This document shows, in pieces, positions 35,078 through 44,448 of a stretch of 44,448 nucleotides of DNA. The position numbers were made by a program, and so were the translations under genes. Within the stretch, counting starts at the first letter, position 1. Each line of letters starts with the position of its first letter. A model generated the notes under the pieces. The model made no database searches, was not told where the DNA came from, and saw nothing but the letters and a program-made list of their open reading frames with translations. The DNA is from a virus (Duplodnaviria > Caudoviricetes), in IMG/VR virus record IMGVR_UViG_3300038673_000329, positions 1 through 44,448 of that record. One strand, 5' to 3'.

Positions 35078-36184
35078 ATGGCTATGACACTTACAGTCAC
35101 CGGCAAAGAATACCTTAAGGCTATTGCCGGCGCGACTGCCGACTACGAAGCAGTCATTACCGAGGCGGGCGACATTACCGAATTCACCTACGAGTGGGGC
35201 GTTGTAACTGATCCTGCCGATCTGGCAACGATTGCTGGGACTACCGCAGAAGGTGTACTTACGCTTGCTGAGGCGGTCGCGGATTGTACGGCCACCATCA
35301 CGTGTACGGCATCGTACCTTGATGAGTCCCAGGCTCCGCAGACTGTCGTCGGTACGCTTGTTGTGAACATCTTCGAGTTGTCCCTCGTGGTTGGCGAAAC
35401 CTATCAACAGCTTTTTCATGCGAGCGACGTTGACACGTATACCGTGGAAGCTACGTTGACGGGTCTTCCTGCTGGCGCAACCGCCACCTATGCGTGGTCG
35501 ATTGCTAATACGGTGGACGGTCTTGCGACCATTACACCCGACGATCCGGCAACCAGTGCGTCGCTGGCCTTCCCCACAGCGGCCACAACCAAGCTTGCCG
35601 GTAAAGCGACTATTACATGTAATGTTGTCCTCAAAATTGCCGATGTATCCATCGATTGCGATATCAGTGCCAATTTGGTGACGTACATCGTGAAGCCGGT
35701 ACTCGTGATTCAGGGCGACGACATTATATTTGGCGCCAAGGGCGGCGTGCTCACGTACACTTCAGCGTTGACCGGTTTGGATGTTATCCCGGCTGGCTTG
35801 ACTTTGGAGTACACCTGGGACATGACCGTTGAGTCCGCGACTGCTGGACTGTGCCAGCTTGCGATGAATGTGCCGGATAATTCCAAAGCTACATTCACTG
35901 TTCTCAAGAACGGCGTAGGCGAGGCTACGATCTCCCTGAAATGCACCTACAGATACAATGGTGATTCGGCACAAGTGGTCGCGGAGGACTTCATCGTAAC
36001 GCTGACACCGCATGCCGCACCCGCAAGGTTCACCGGCAAGTGGGCCAACGCGTACATTGCTTCTTGCGATGACGAAGTACAGGCGCGGTTCGCTGCGCTC
36101 AAGGTGTACAGAGCCATCGCGATTCCGGACACCGATGACGTTCTGCGTTCCGAGCAGGTCAATTTGGTGCTCGATTCAATCTAA
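35078..36184 (+). CDS. Ig-like repeat protein, probable capsid decoration
   Basis: Three beta-rich repeats each with YxW...ATI(T/S)xxC; directly after the capsid gene. Confidence 0.65.
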   Translation: MAMTLTVTGKEYLKAIAGATADYEAVITEAGDITEFTYEWGVVTDPADLATIAGTTAEGVLTLAEAVADCTATITCTASYLDESQAPQTVVGTLVVNIFELSLVVGETYQQLFHASDVDTYTVEATLTGLPAGATATYAWSIANTVDGLATITPDDPATSASLAFPTAATTKLAGKATITCNVVLKIADVSIDCDISANLVTYIVKPVLVIQGDDIIFGAKGGVLTYTSALTGLDVIPAGLTLEYTWDMTVESATAGLCQLAMNVPDNSKATFTVLKNGVGEATISLKCTYRYNGDSAQVVAEDFIVTLTPHAAPARFTGKWANAYIASCDDEVQARFAALKVYRAIAIPDTDDVLRSEQVNLVLDSI

Positions 36185-36215
36185 GGTTACTTTTCGAAAG
36201 GAGGCGGGGGACAAA

Positions 36216-36665
36216 ATGAGCTATGTCACCGTAGAGGAAGCCGACCAGTATATTGCGGAGCATATGCTGCCGGCCGAAGCGCCCCGTATCTACTGGAACT
36301 CCTTAGACACTGCGTCGAAGCAGATACTGCTCAATAAGTCCTTTGCTAAAATCGAAAGGTTACCGTATAATAGCTCGAAGTGTTCCGTGGACCAGGCCAC
36401 GCAATTTCCGCGTGGCCGGGACACCACGGTTCCACAAGAAGTGAAGGACGCGCAGGTCGTAGAAGCTCTCGCATCGTCGGATGCATTCCCTGGTGCGTCA
36501 GCGCAGCGGTCGCTACGCATGCGCGGTGTACGAGCTTACTCAATTGGACATCTGTCTGAGACATTAGTGGGCGTCAACAAACCGGGTAATCCTATGAACG
36601 AAGTCAGTCCGGAGACCTTGACAATTCTGTCGAGATTCCTTTCCGGAGGTTACTCAATATGTTAG
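36216..36665 (+). CDS. Head-tail connector (DnaT-like family)
   Basis: MSYVTVEEADQY...QATQFPR...VPQEVKDAQ...YSIGHLSET. Confidence 0.8.
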   Translation: MSYVTVEEADQYIAEHMLPAEAPRIYWNSLDTASKQILLNKSFAKIERLPYNSSKCSVDQATQFPRGRDTTVPQEVKDAQVVEALASSDAFPGASAQRSLRMRGVRAYSIGHLSETLVGVNKPGNPMNEVSPETLTILSRFLSGGYSIC

Positions 36666-36961
36666 ACACTTACTTGAATCAGGCAGTAGAGTACCTCAAA
36701 CGTACTGGCACGGATAAGTATGGAGATGGCACATACGCCGATCCTGTAGTGCTGCCGTGCCGTTGTGAAAAAAGTACTAAGGTCATCCAGACACCCGTTG
36801 GTGCACTGTACCAGACAACTTATCAATACTTCCTCGGTAGCGGCGCTGTAATGTTCGAATTGATGCCTTGGAAAGATAAGCTGGGTGGCCTTACAATTGC
36901 CCAAGTTACCGAGCTCACGTTGCTTGATGGGACAATTGAAGGCTACGAGGTGTTAGTGTAA
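36659..36961 (+). CDS. Head closure protein
   Basis: GTDKYG...CR motif; position in neck cluster. Confidence 0.7.
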   Translation: MLDTYLNQAVEYLKRTGTDKYGDGTYADPVVLPCRCEKSTKVIQTPVGALYQTTYQYFLGSGAVMFELMPWKDKLGGLTIAQVTELTLLDGTIEGYEVLV

Positions 36962-37416
36962 TGGCCGTTAACATGGACTACAAGGCCTTTCGCGCAACAA
37001 TGACGGAACAGCGACGTCGTTTGAAGGCCATGGTAGATAAAGTCGAGGATGACCTTTATGAGAGCATTCGTGATGTATATCTACCGCAGTTTGTCCAGGA
37101 TGTACTTACGATTATTCCTATGAGCACTGGTAAGCTTGCTGAAGGTTTTACGTATAAGTTAAACCGTCCAAAGCGCAGACAAATATCGTTAACCGTTAGT
37201 GCTAAAGCTTATCATAAGGGATACAATTACGCGTACATCCAACATGAGCGGACGGATTATTCACATGAAGATATCCGATCCGACCACTATATATCGATTC
37301 CTTTCGAACGCATGATTCGCGACATTGCCGATATGGAAGGTTTTGATTACGTCGAGCCGGCCGACGAAAGTCGCGTGTTCGGTGAGGGCGGTGCAGAAAG
37401 GATGGATGACTTTTGA
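36961..37416 (+). CDS. HK97 gp10-like neck protein
   Basis: PMSTGKL...YAYIQHE. Confidence 0.7.
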   Translation: MAVNMDYKAFRATMTEQRRRLKAMVDKVEDDLYESIRDVYLPQFVQDVLTIIPMSTGKLAEGFTYKLNRPKRRQISLTVSAKAYHKGYNYAYIQHERTDYSHEDIRSDHYISIPFERMIRDIADMEGFDYVEPADESRVFGEGGAERMDDF

Positions 37417-37781
37417 TCAACGTAATTCGTGATTATCTGATGCTTCCTGAACACATGCCCAAACCTGATTTGCCGATTTATGTTGGCCAGCTACCCCCCG
37501 AACCGGCTGAGTGTATCTCAATCACCGAGAGCGGCATGACCAGTGAAGCTACCTTCTTTGGTAGTGACAACGTAATCAGTACGCCACTTTTAACTTGTAC
37601 TGTGCGTACGCTCACGTACCCTAGAGGGCGTACGAATTGTGCAATCATCCGTGAATTGCTTAAGAATCTAATCATAGGCAATCTCGGAATTGTGCCAGGC
37701 GGTAATGTAATGCATCTTGGACGCGATGAGCAACAAATGCATGTCTTCCGCCTTAACATCAAAACTATTATTAAGGAGTGA
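37413..37781 (+). CDS. Tail terminator protein
   Basis: IYVGQLP...LGRDEQ; precedes the tail tube gene. Confidence 0.7.
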   Translation: MINVIRDYLMLPEHMPKPDLPIYVGQLPPEPAECISITESGMTSEATFFGSDNVISTPLLTCTVRTLTYPRGRTNCAIIRELLKNLIIGNLGIVPGGNVMHLGRDEQQMHVFRLNIKTIIKE

Positions 37782-37786
37782 ATCTG

Positions 37787-38428
37787 ATGGCTGATACACC
37801 GTACACTGGCTTAACTGCCAAAGTTATGATCGGCGAGAAACTTCTCTGCTACGTATCCGGCGTGGATCTGAGTCTTGAAAAGGACATCATTGAGATCTTG
37901 GCTTTCGGCATGAATTACAAAGAGAAGGTGCCGGCTATTAAGGACTGGAGCGCGTCCATCGATGGCACGTGCGCCTTGGCCGATGGCAACTCGCAGGATG
38001 ACCTGTACGACGCGTTTGAGAGCGGCGCAGCATTGTCCCTATCGATATTCCTCAATGCATCCAACAAGTTCGTCGGCACTGCCTTCGTGCAGAGCTTCAA
38101 CATTTCCGCCGCGCCGGACGATAAGATCAACCTGACCAGTGAGCTGGCCGGTTCCGGTGCGGTTGTGTTGACCTACGGCACACTGTATACCGTAACTGGT
38201 GCTGGCGATCTTGAGGACGAAGTCTTCACGCCTGCCGCCATTCCTGCCGGTTCCATTGATACGGTCATCACCTTCACCAATGAGGACGAGGACGAGGTTA
38301 CCGGCGTCACGATGGGTGGTATTTCACTCGGTGACACAGGGCCCGAAACTTGGGCCGTTGTTGGTAATGTTCTTACGATCCATCCCGCGATCACAGGTAA
38401 CATTGTGGTTACGGGTGCCAGCACCTGA
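37787..38428 (+). CDS. Major tail tube protein with C-terminal Ig-like extension
   Basis: IKDWSASIDG...FVGTAFV...ELAGSG core plus a beta-rich tail ending ITGNIVVTG. Confidence 0.8.
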   Translation: MADTPYTGLTAKVMIGEKLLCYVSGVDLSLEKDIIEILAFGMNYKEKVPAIKDWSASIDGTCALADGNSQDDLYDAFESGAALSLSIFLNASNKFVGTAFVQSFNISAAPDDKINLTSELAGSGAVVLTYGTLYTVTGAGDLEDEVFTPAAIPAGSIDTVITFTNEDEDEVTGVTMGGISLGDTGPETWAVVGNVLTIHPAITGNIVVTGAST

Positions 38429-38514
38429 TCGTAAGGTACTGGGCGCGGGGCGGGGTCATCCTCCGCCTCGCCTCGCCCTAATGCATTCGAACTAATATCT
38501 AGGAGGAGGATATT

Positions 38515-38877
38515 ATGAATCAGTTACTTGTTAAGATCAATGGTGTGGAGTATCCGCTTGCGACCACGCTTCGCGCTGCCTATGCTGTTCAAGCACGGTT
38601 TGACCGTAAGCCCTATATGGAAATATTTCCCGGACTGGGCACGATGGACTTAGAAGATCAGATCGTAATCATGTATGTTTGTTTCAAGACCGCTAATCCC
38701 GATTCTACCATCACAGAAAAAGAGTTTATCGATTTCGTGTTGGATAGTTATCATGTGGCCGACCTGATGGATCTTGAAAGCGAACTGGTCATGCGGATAA
38801 TGTATGGCGGGCTTAGCCCGGAGGAAATAAAGGCAAAAAACCTGAAGGCGCGCCAGATGAAGGAAGCGATCCAATAA
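38515..38877 (+). CDS. Tail assembly chaperone (G)
   Basis: Between tail tube and tape measure genes; slippery heptamer near the 3' end. Confidence 0.8.
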   Translation: MNQLLVKINGVEYPLATTLRAAYAVQARFDRKPYMEIFPGLGTMDLEDQIVIMYVCFKTANPDSTITEKEFIDFVLDSYHVADLMDLESELVMRIMYGGLSPEEIKAKNLKARQMKEAIQ

Positions 38878-39209
38878 CTTGGATCAGACTGTTTGAAATT
38901 GGCGCGCAAGCCGGTTTACGGCCTAACGAAATACTAGACATGCACTTATGGCAATTTAATTCCTACATTACAGGATATCGTAACCACTTAAAAGAGCTCC
39001 TCTCCATTGGCGTGTACACTGGCAGTTATGCGGGATATTACCACCCGCTCAACAAGCACAAAAAAGACCCAAGCGTTATTGTGAAACGCTTGTTCGCCAG
39101 AAAGCGATCTGCTCGTAAACCCGACGTCGATGTCGCCAAGTTCCAGGCCCTCGAGCAAGCCTTTGATGCTAACTATCGTGGAGGGAATAAGGATGGCAGG
39201 AAAACGTGA
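38835..39209 (+). CDS. -1 frameshift extension of tail assembly chaperone (GT)
   Basis: A AAA AAC at 38835-38841 in the correct phase; -1 frame open to 39209 (ITWIRLFEIGAQAGLRPNEILDMHLWQF...). Confidence 0.8.
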   Translation, partial: KKPEGAPDEGSDPITWIRLFEIGAQAGLRPNEILDMHLWQFNSYITGYRNHLKELLSIGVYTGSYAGYYHPLNKHKKDPSVIVKRLFARKRSARKPDVDVAKFQALEQAFDANYRGGNKDGRKT

Positions 39210-42200
39210 TGTAGTTTATAACTTTACATCCAATACGCGTGGGCTTAGTGCAGGCGTTAATGAGGCTGTCAAGCTGCTAGATAGGCTGTCCGCTAAGACG
39301 AATGCCCTCCAAAAGACTCAACAGTTTGGAGGGCCCTCTCTTACGCGGCTGCGTGATACGTTGGTCGGTATGGTCCAGTTGACCAAGGATTTGCGCAGTC
39401 AGATGTCCGCAATTGGTCCTCGGAAGAATGCGTATCATGAAGCGCAACTTCTGAACGACCAAATGACGCAACTTCAGGACATCCTCAATAACTTCGATAC
39501 TTATGCTCAGCAAGGTGCTTCGGGCATTAACGATATGACCCAGGCGTTGATGACCGCTAACTTGGCGGCCATTGAGCTTATGGGTAATCTGCGGCAGGCT
39601 GGTGCAACGGGATACAATATAGCCGCTATACGCGCACAAAATAGGCAGACCATGAATGATGCGACGCTACGCGCCGCTACTGCCGGACCTGCAGCGTCTG
39701 CAGCCGCGAGAAGCTACGCGCAGCAACGCATAGCAGCGACGACGCGCACAGTGCCAGCGGGCGTCAATGATGTTGTGGTTAACTACAAACCCAATCTTAC
39801 GGGCTTGAAGCGTAGTGTCGCAGATGCGCAACGTTTGCTCAAAGATATTAAGCCGCCAGAAGGCGCTGAGGACGCATTCGCGGCACTCAACAACCAGGTA
39901 ACAACATTTTCCCTTAAGCTAAAGTCCGCCGAGCCTACCGCGTTAAAGGACGCAACCACAGCAATTAATCATGCTGAGGCGGCCATGCGCATTCTGCTTA
40001 GTGCGGAAGACCAAATGCGTTCGAAGACTCAGCTTAATGCGACCCAACTGACAACACTTCGTCAGGCGTTGACCGACTCCGCAAACGCCTTTCGCTCTTC
40101 AAGTCACGAGGTTAACAAGTACATTGCGATGTCCCGGGAAAAAGAAGATGCGGATAAGGAAGGCGTCGCGGCGGCGTACGATGCGGCTAAGGCTGCTAAT
40201 GTTCAAGAGGCGGCTGTCGAAGATGCTGCTGACGCAACAGAAGAGCACGCTGAGGCCACGCGCGGTGCAACTAGATCGTCGGGCGGCTGGAGAAACTTCA
40301 TAGTCGGTCTCGATGGCGCATTGCAAGGTCTGCGTAATCGTTTGCGTAGCTCGACAAAAGATACTCAGTCCTTTGGCAAGGTACTAGAAGGCGTAGAGAA
40401 CATTGCACAGAAGTTAACGACCGTCCTCACTACGTTTGCGGGCGTGTCCGCCGCGTCCTTCTCAGCCGAGGTGCTTGAAAAGGCTATCGATTACGTTGAG
40501 ATCATGGAGCTCTTCCGCGTAGCGACGCGCGAAGCTCATGATACCGCGATGGACTTCGTAGATGTTATGGAAGACATTTACGGCATGGATCCCAACAACA
40601 TCATGCAAGCGGTTGGTATGTTCCATCAGCTCGCAGGTGCAATTGAAATGCCTATGGCCGCCGCGGAGAAGGTATCCTTAGGCCTGACCAAAGCCGCGGT
40701 CGATATGTCCTCGTTGTTCAATAGAGAGCTTGAGGATGTTGTCAATGATTTAACATCCGGTATGATGGGCATGACGCGTGCCGTGCGTAAGTACGGTATT
40801 GATATCCGCATGACGACGCTCGAAGCAACAGCACTATCTCTGGGCATCGATGCACAAGCGGAATCCATGACCGAGGCAGATCGTCAAGGATTGCGTTACT
40901 TGACCATCTTGAAGCAAACGCAGTCCTCAATGGGCAACTTCGCAAAGACCATTGAATCAGTTGCCAACCAGTTCAGAATATTCAAAGAGCAGGTTTCTGG
41001 TGTAATGCGTAACATCGGCAACTTGTTTATGCCGTTCCTCGATACGCTGGTGTACAAACTAAACGCTGTGGCGATGGTCCTGAAAGTCGTCATTCAGTAT
41101 GTAGCGGCATTCATTGTTGGTTTCAAGCCGCAAGTATTTGGTGAGACCGCAGACGGCGCTGATGATGTTGCTGATTCAATCGGTGGCATCGGTAGTGCAG
41201 CGGGCAGTGCGGCGAAGAAACTCAAAGGGCTAATGGCATTCGACGAGATCAATCTCCTTCAAGAATCCGTCAAGGGCGGTGGCGGAGGCGGTGTTTCGGC
41301 TAATGACATCATGGACCCAAAAATAGCGGCTGCCATAGAAGCTGTACAGCTCAAGATGGAAAAGTTCACCATGCGCGCACGTGAATTGCGTGACAGAATT
41401 CTCGCATTCTTGGGCTTCGTTGGAGATTACGACTTCAAGTTTAACTTCGATACCGGTGAATGGAAAACCAACATCAAGTGGACCGCGGACATCTTCCGCA
41501 AGAACCTGATTGATAAGTTCCCACAGTGGGAAAAGACGATTAACGCCGTCTTCGACAACGCAAAAGAAATTGCGCAAGAAGCTGTAAATCTTTGGAACAC
41601 TGCGTACGATGTAGTTAGTCGCATTGTCAATCCGTTTAAGGAAGTTCTTAAGAATAAATTTACGGATGAGAATGTATCCGAGTTCATTAAGAAATTACCC
41701 GATTATCTGCGAAGCGCGCAGGACATCCTTGAACGGTGGGCTCCGCTATTCGAAGCTATTTCCAAGGTATTTACAGAAGCGGTAACCACAGTTTTCGAGA
41801 ATATAGACTGGGCTGTGTTAGTCGAAAGTCTTACGAAACTTGCAGAAGCGCTGGCCCCGTTTGTCGAAAACTTTGGTGCGGGCCTTGTACGTTTCCTCGG
41901 TGATGCGACTGAATGGGCTAGTGACCATCTGATTGATTTCTTTGACGGCTTGGCGGAGTCTATCAATAAGATGACGCCCGAACAGATGGAGGGCTTGGGT
42001 TACGGTTTCGGCCAACTGGCAACAGCGTTGATAGCCTTAGCGCCACTTGTAAGCATTTTGTCGGGTATCACCAAGATTGTGGCGCCGTTGGCTATGTTCT
42101 CCGGTATATCGGGGAGCCTCGATGCGATAGCCGCTAGCGCAGGGGCTGCTAGTGGTGCGACAGCAGGGGCAACAGGTGCTGTGGCGGGTCTGGGTGCTAC

Positions 42201-43188
42201 TGCTGGTATCGTAGTTGGTGCAGTAGCGTTACTCGTGGCCGGCATAGCAGGTGCCACTGCGGAGAGTGAAGAATTGCAAAAGGGTTGGTCTGAAGCGTGG
42301 GAGAACGTTGAGGAAATCGCAACTAACGTATGGAATAAATTCCTTAAGCCCACATTCGATGCAATCAGCAAAACCGCAACGAAACTTTGGGATGATCATC
42401 TCGGCCCCATGTTCACTAAGCTTACGGAAGTACTGCAGAAGTTGTGGAATGATATACTGGCGCCGATTGCCGACTTTCTCATCGACGTATTGGGACCTGT
42501 CTTTACTATAGTATTTGATGAGATCGGTAAAGTAGTGGGTGAAGTGGTCGGCGTTATATCCGATACCCTGGGCGGATTGTTTACTTCACTAGGTGGGGTG
42601 ATTGATTTCATTGCCGGTGTATTTACGGGTGACTGGGATCGCGCGTGGCAGGGCATTAAGGACATTTTCTCTGGTATATGGGATGCACTTGTAGGCCTAA
42701 TCAAGTGGCCAATAAACCTAATCATCGGCATAGTTGAAGGACTAGCCAATGCAGTTGTTTGGGCTTGGAACGGCATCAAAAGAGCCATTAACAGTATATC
42801 GTTTACAGTTCCGGATTGGGTACCAGGAGTTGGTGGCGAACACGTTGGATTCAATTTGGCCATGACGCCTGAAGTACATATTGCCCGTATTGCGGAAAAC
42901 GGCGGTTATATACAAACCGGCCAAGCGTTTATTGCACGCGAGGCGGGACCCGAATTGGTCGGTACCATCGGCGGGCGAACCGCGGTGGCCAATAATGATC
43001 AAATAGTTCGTGGTATTGCATCCGGCGTCGCAACAGCGAATCAAGAGCAAAATGATTTGCTACGTGAGCAAAATAAACTTCTCCGCGGTATACTTGAAAA
43101 GGAGACAGGCATTGTACTATCGCCTAGCCGCGAATTGGGCCGCATAGCGCAACGGTCACTCAACATGTATGCACCGGTAAGGGGGTAA
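39193..43188 (+). CDS. Tape measure protein
   Basis: About 1330 aa, Ala-rich helical, W/F-periodic repeats, C-terminal AREAGPELVG; likely start is the ATG at 39193. Confidence 0.92.
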   Translation: MAGKRDVVYNFTSNTRGLSAGVNEAVKLLDRLSAKTNALQKTQQFGGPSLTRLRDTLVGMVQLTKDLRSQMSAIGPRKNAYHEAQLLNDQMTQLQDILNNFDTYAQQGASGINDMTQALMTANLAAIELMGNLRQAGATGYNIAAIRAQNRQTMNDATLRAATAGPAASAAARSYAQQRIAATTRTVPAGVNDVVVNYKPNLTGLKRSVADAQRLLKDIKPPEGAEDAFAALNNQVTTFSLKLKSAEPTALKDATTAINHAEAAMRILLSAEDQMRSKTQLNATQLTTLRQALTDSANAFRSSSHEVNKYIAMSREKEDADKEGVAAAYDAAKAANVQEAAVEDAADATEEHAEATRGATRSSGGWRNFIVGLDGALQGLRNRLRSSTKDTQSFGKVLEGVENIAQKLTTVLTTFAGVSAASFSAEVLEKAIDYVEIMELFRVATREAHDTAMDFVDVMEDIYGMDPNNIMQAVGMFHQLAGAIEMPMAAAEKVSLGLTKAAVDMSSLFNRELEDVVNDLTSGMMGMTRAVRKYGIDIRMTTLEATALSLGIDAQAESMTEADRQGLRYLTILKQTQSSMGNFAKTIESVANQFRIFKEQVSGVMRNIGNLFMPFLDTLVYKLNAVAMVLKVVIQYVAAFIVGFKPQVFGETADGADDVADSIGGIGSAAGSAAKKLKGLMAFDEINLLQESVKGGGGGGVSANDIMDPKIAAAIEAVQLKMEKFTMRARELRDRILAFLGFVGDYDFKFNFDTGEWKTNIKWTADIFRKNLIDKFPQWEKTINAVFDNAKEIAQEAVNLWNTAYDVVSRIVNPFKEVLKNKFTDENVSEFIKKLPDYLRSAQDILERWAPLFEAISKVFTEAVTTVFENIDWAVLVESLTKLAEALAPFVENFGAGLVRFLGDATEWASDHLIDFFDGLAESINKMTPEQMEGLGYGFGQLATALIALAPLVSILSGITKIVAPLAMFSGISGSLDAIAASAGAASGATAGATGAVAGLGATAGIVVGAVALLVAGIAGATAESEELQKGWSEAWENVEEIATNVWNKFLKPTFDAISKTATKLWDDHLGPMFTKLTEVLQKLWNDILAPIADFLIDVLGPVFTIVFDEIGKVVGEVVGVISDTLGGLFTSLGGVIDFIAGVFTGDWDRAWQGIKDIFSGIWDALVGLIKWPINLIIGIVEGLANAVVWAWNGIKRAINSISFTVPDWVPGVGGEHVGFNLAMTPEVHIARIAENGGYIQTGQAFIAREAGPELVGTIGGRTAVANNDQIVRGIASGVATANQEQNDLLREQNKLLRGILEKETGIVLSPSRELGRIAQRSLNMYAPVRG

Positions 43189-43191
43189 ACC

Positions 43192-43596
43192 ATGGCATTC
43201 AGTGGTTATCTATTAAAGATAGGTTCACAGGAAATACCGCTTAAGAGTATCAAGCTGGGCTCGTACAATGTGACGCCCGACCAGCGAATTGACAATGCTT
43301 CCGAGCGTGATGCAACCGGTGTGTTGCATCGCGCTGTGGTAGAGCATCAGGCCACCAAGATTGAGTTCAATACACCTATCATGAACAACACAGATATGGC
43401 GGCACTCAATAAGATTATCCATGATGGGTACACAAATGAGCTTGAACGCAAAGTGTCTGTTACGTACTACAATCCCGATACGGACGATTATAAAACGGGA
43501 GACTTTTACGTACCGGATACGCAGTTCGTAATGAGTCATATTGAAGGCAATACAATATGGTATGATTCAGTGCGGTTCGCGTTCATTGAGTATTAA
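43192..43596 (+). CDS. Distal tail (Dit-like) protein
   Basis: RDATGVLHR...VTYYNP...FYV...FAFIEY directly after the tape measure gene. Confidence 0.75.
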   Translation: MAFSGYLLKIGSQEIPLKSIKLGSYNVTPDQRIDNASERDATGVLHRAVVEHQATKIEFNTPIMNNTDMAALNKIIHDGYTNELERKVSVTYYNPDTDDYKTGDFYVPDTQFVMSHIEGNTIWYDSVRFAFIEY

Positions 43597-43627
43597 CACC
43601 CACCCCTATTCGCAACGGAGGTAACGC

Positions 43628-44448
43628 ATGTATAATGCTAGCGAGCAATTCCATAGTGCGGTCTTCCAAGGTTCGCCGAGAGAGCGAATCCTGTTCAAGT
43701 TCGCCGATGGAACGATCTTTACGAACGAAGATATATCCGTCCGTACTGGCGTTACCATTGCTGAGGCGGTAAATAATGAAGAAGAACTCACAATCGGCTC
43801 ATGTCCCGCCTCAACACTTGATACGACCATTATCAATGATCATGGACTCCTGAACAACTATGCATATGGCGAGTGCGAAGTATTCCTAGGTGTGCGTATT
43901 GCATCATCAAGCATTCCACAAACACCGGACGGGGGCCCCCAGGCAGTACTGCGCTACGGTGCGGGAAACGAGGTCGTATTCAGAGGACACGCCACGATGC
44001 CCTACCTCACAATAGGCACCACGCCCACTACAGTACAGCCTCCATTCGGCGTACACGCTATTTTAATTGTGGGCGCCGACGTATACTGCATAAGTGCGGC
44101 TGGTGATGTATGGCATGCAACATGGGCTGACGGCTCTACCTGGAACAGCCTCGCCGCAAACACTTGGAGCGATTTAGCTGCAGAAACGTGGGACGATATA
44201 CAAGGTACATTAACCGAAGTCGGACTTGTAACAATCAGCGACTTCATGGCAAACAAGTTTATCGGCTGGGCGCGCAAGAAACGTGGCATGTGGTACAACG
44301 GCAACATGCTATACGAATTTTCACCAGAGGGCATTGCCGACACGTATGAATATGTACCGCTCGGTGTATTTAACATCAAGCGCCCCACGCGCACGCGTAT
44401 AAGCTTGGTTAACATCGATGCTGAAGATCGCATGACAAAGTTCGACAT
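43628..44448 (+). CDS. Tail tip / baseplate hub protein, 3' end outside window (not in ORF track)
   Basis: GGAGG RBS and ATG at 43628 (MYNASEQFHSAV...LTIGSCPASTL...VPLGVFNI...AEDRMTKFD), open to the window end. Confidence 0.8.
   Translation, partial: MYNASEQFHSAVFQGSPRERILFKFADGTIFTNEDISVRTGVTIAEAVNNEEELTIGSCPASTLDTTIINDHGLLNNYAYGECEVFLGVRIASSSIPQTPDGGPQAVLRYGAGNEVVFRGHATMPYLTIGTTPTTVQPPFGVHAILIVGADVYCISAAGDVWHATWADGSTWNSLAANTWSDLAAETWDDIQGTLTEVGLVTISDFMANKFIGWARKKRGMWYNGNMLYEFSPEGIADTYEYVPLGVFNIKRPTRTRISLVNIDAEDRMTKFD

Noticed and set aside
1-44448. Stop-codon reassignment
   Set aside because: Core genes (polA, terL, portal, capsid, TMP) are full length in the standard code and TAA, TGA and TAG all end genes.
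1-44448. Complete circular genome
   Set aside because: The two ends fall inside different tail genes and do not overlap, so some sequence is missing; statements about absent genes carry that caveat.

Overview
The window is most of a ~45-50 kb tailed (siphovirus-type) phage genome, probably from a Firmicutes/Clostridia host (GGAGG Shine-Dalgarno sites, SigA-type TTGAAA-17-TATAAT promoters). It is circularly permuted and broken inside the tail module: it starts inside a collagen-like fibre gene and ends inside a tail-tip gene. + strand 1-7.1 kb: fibre/adhesin genes with a GT2-TPR glycosyltransferase, then lysis. - strand 7.1-29.9 kb: resolvase, SNF2 helicase, PolA, a compact 7-deazaguanine-type nucleotide-modification cluster (short TGT-fold protein, dATP/dGTP diphosphohydrolase, MazG, YhhQ, QueC), a DnaG-MCM primase-helicase, SSB, a tRNA-like RNA cluster, recombination genes and many small early genes. 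+ strand 30.1-44.4 kb: packaging, head and tail genes. No integrase, repressor, reverse transcriptase or CRISPR array was seen. The strongest candidate for an undescribed system is the salvage-type deazaguanine cluster, which lacks FolE/QueD/QueE and is coupled to nucleotide-pool hydrolases and PolA. Family assignments come from motif recognition by eye; no database search was run.
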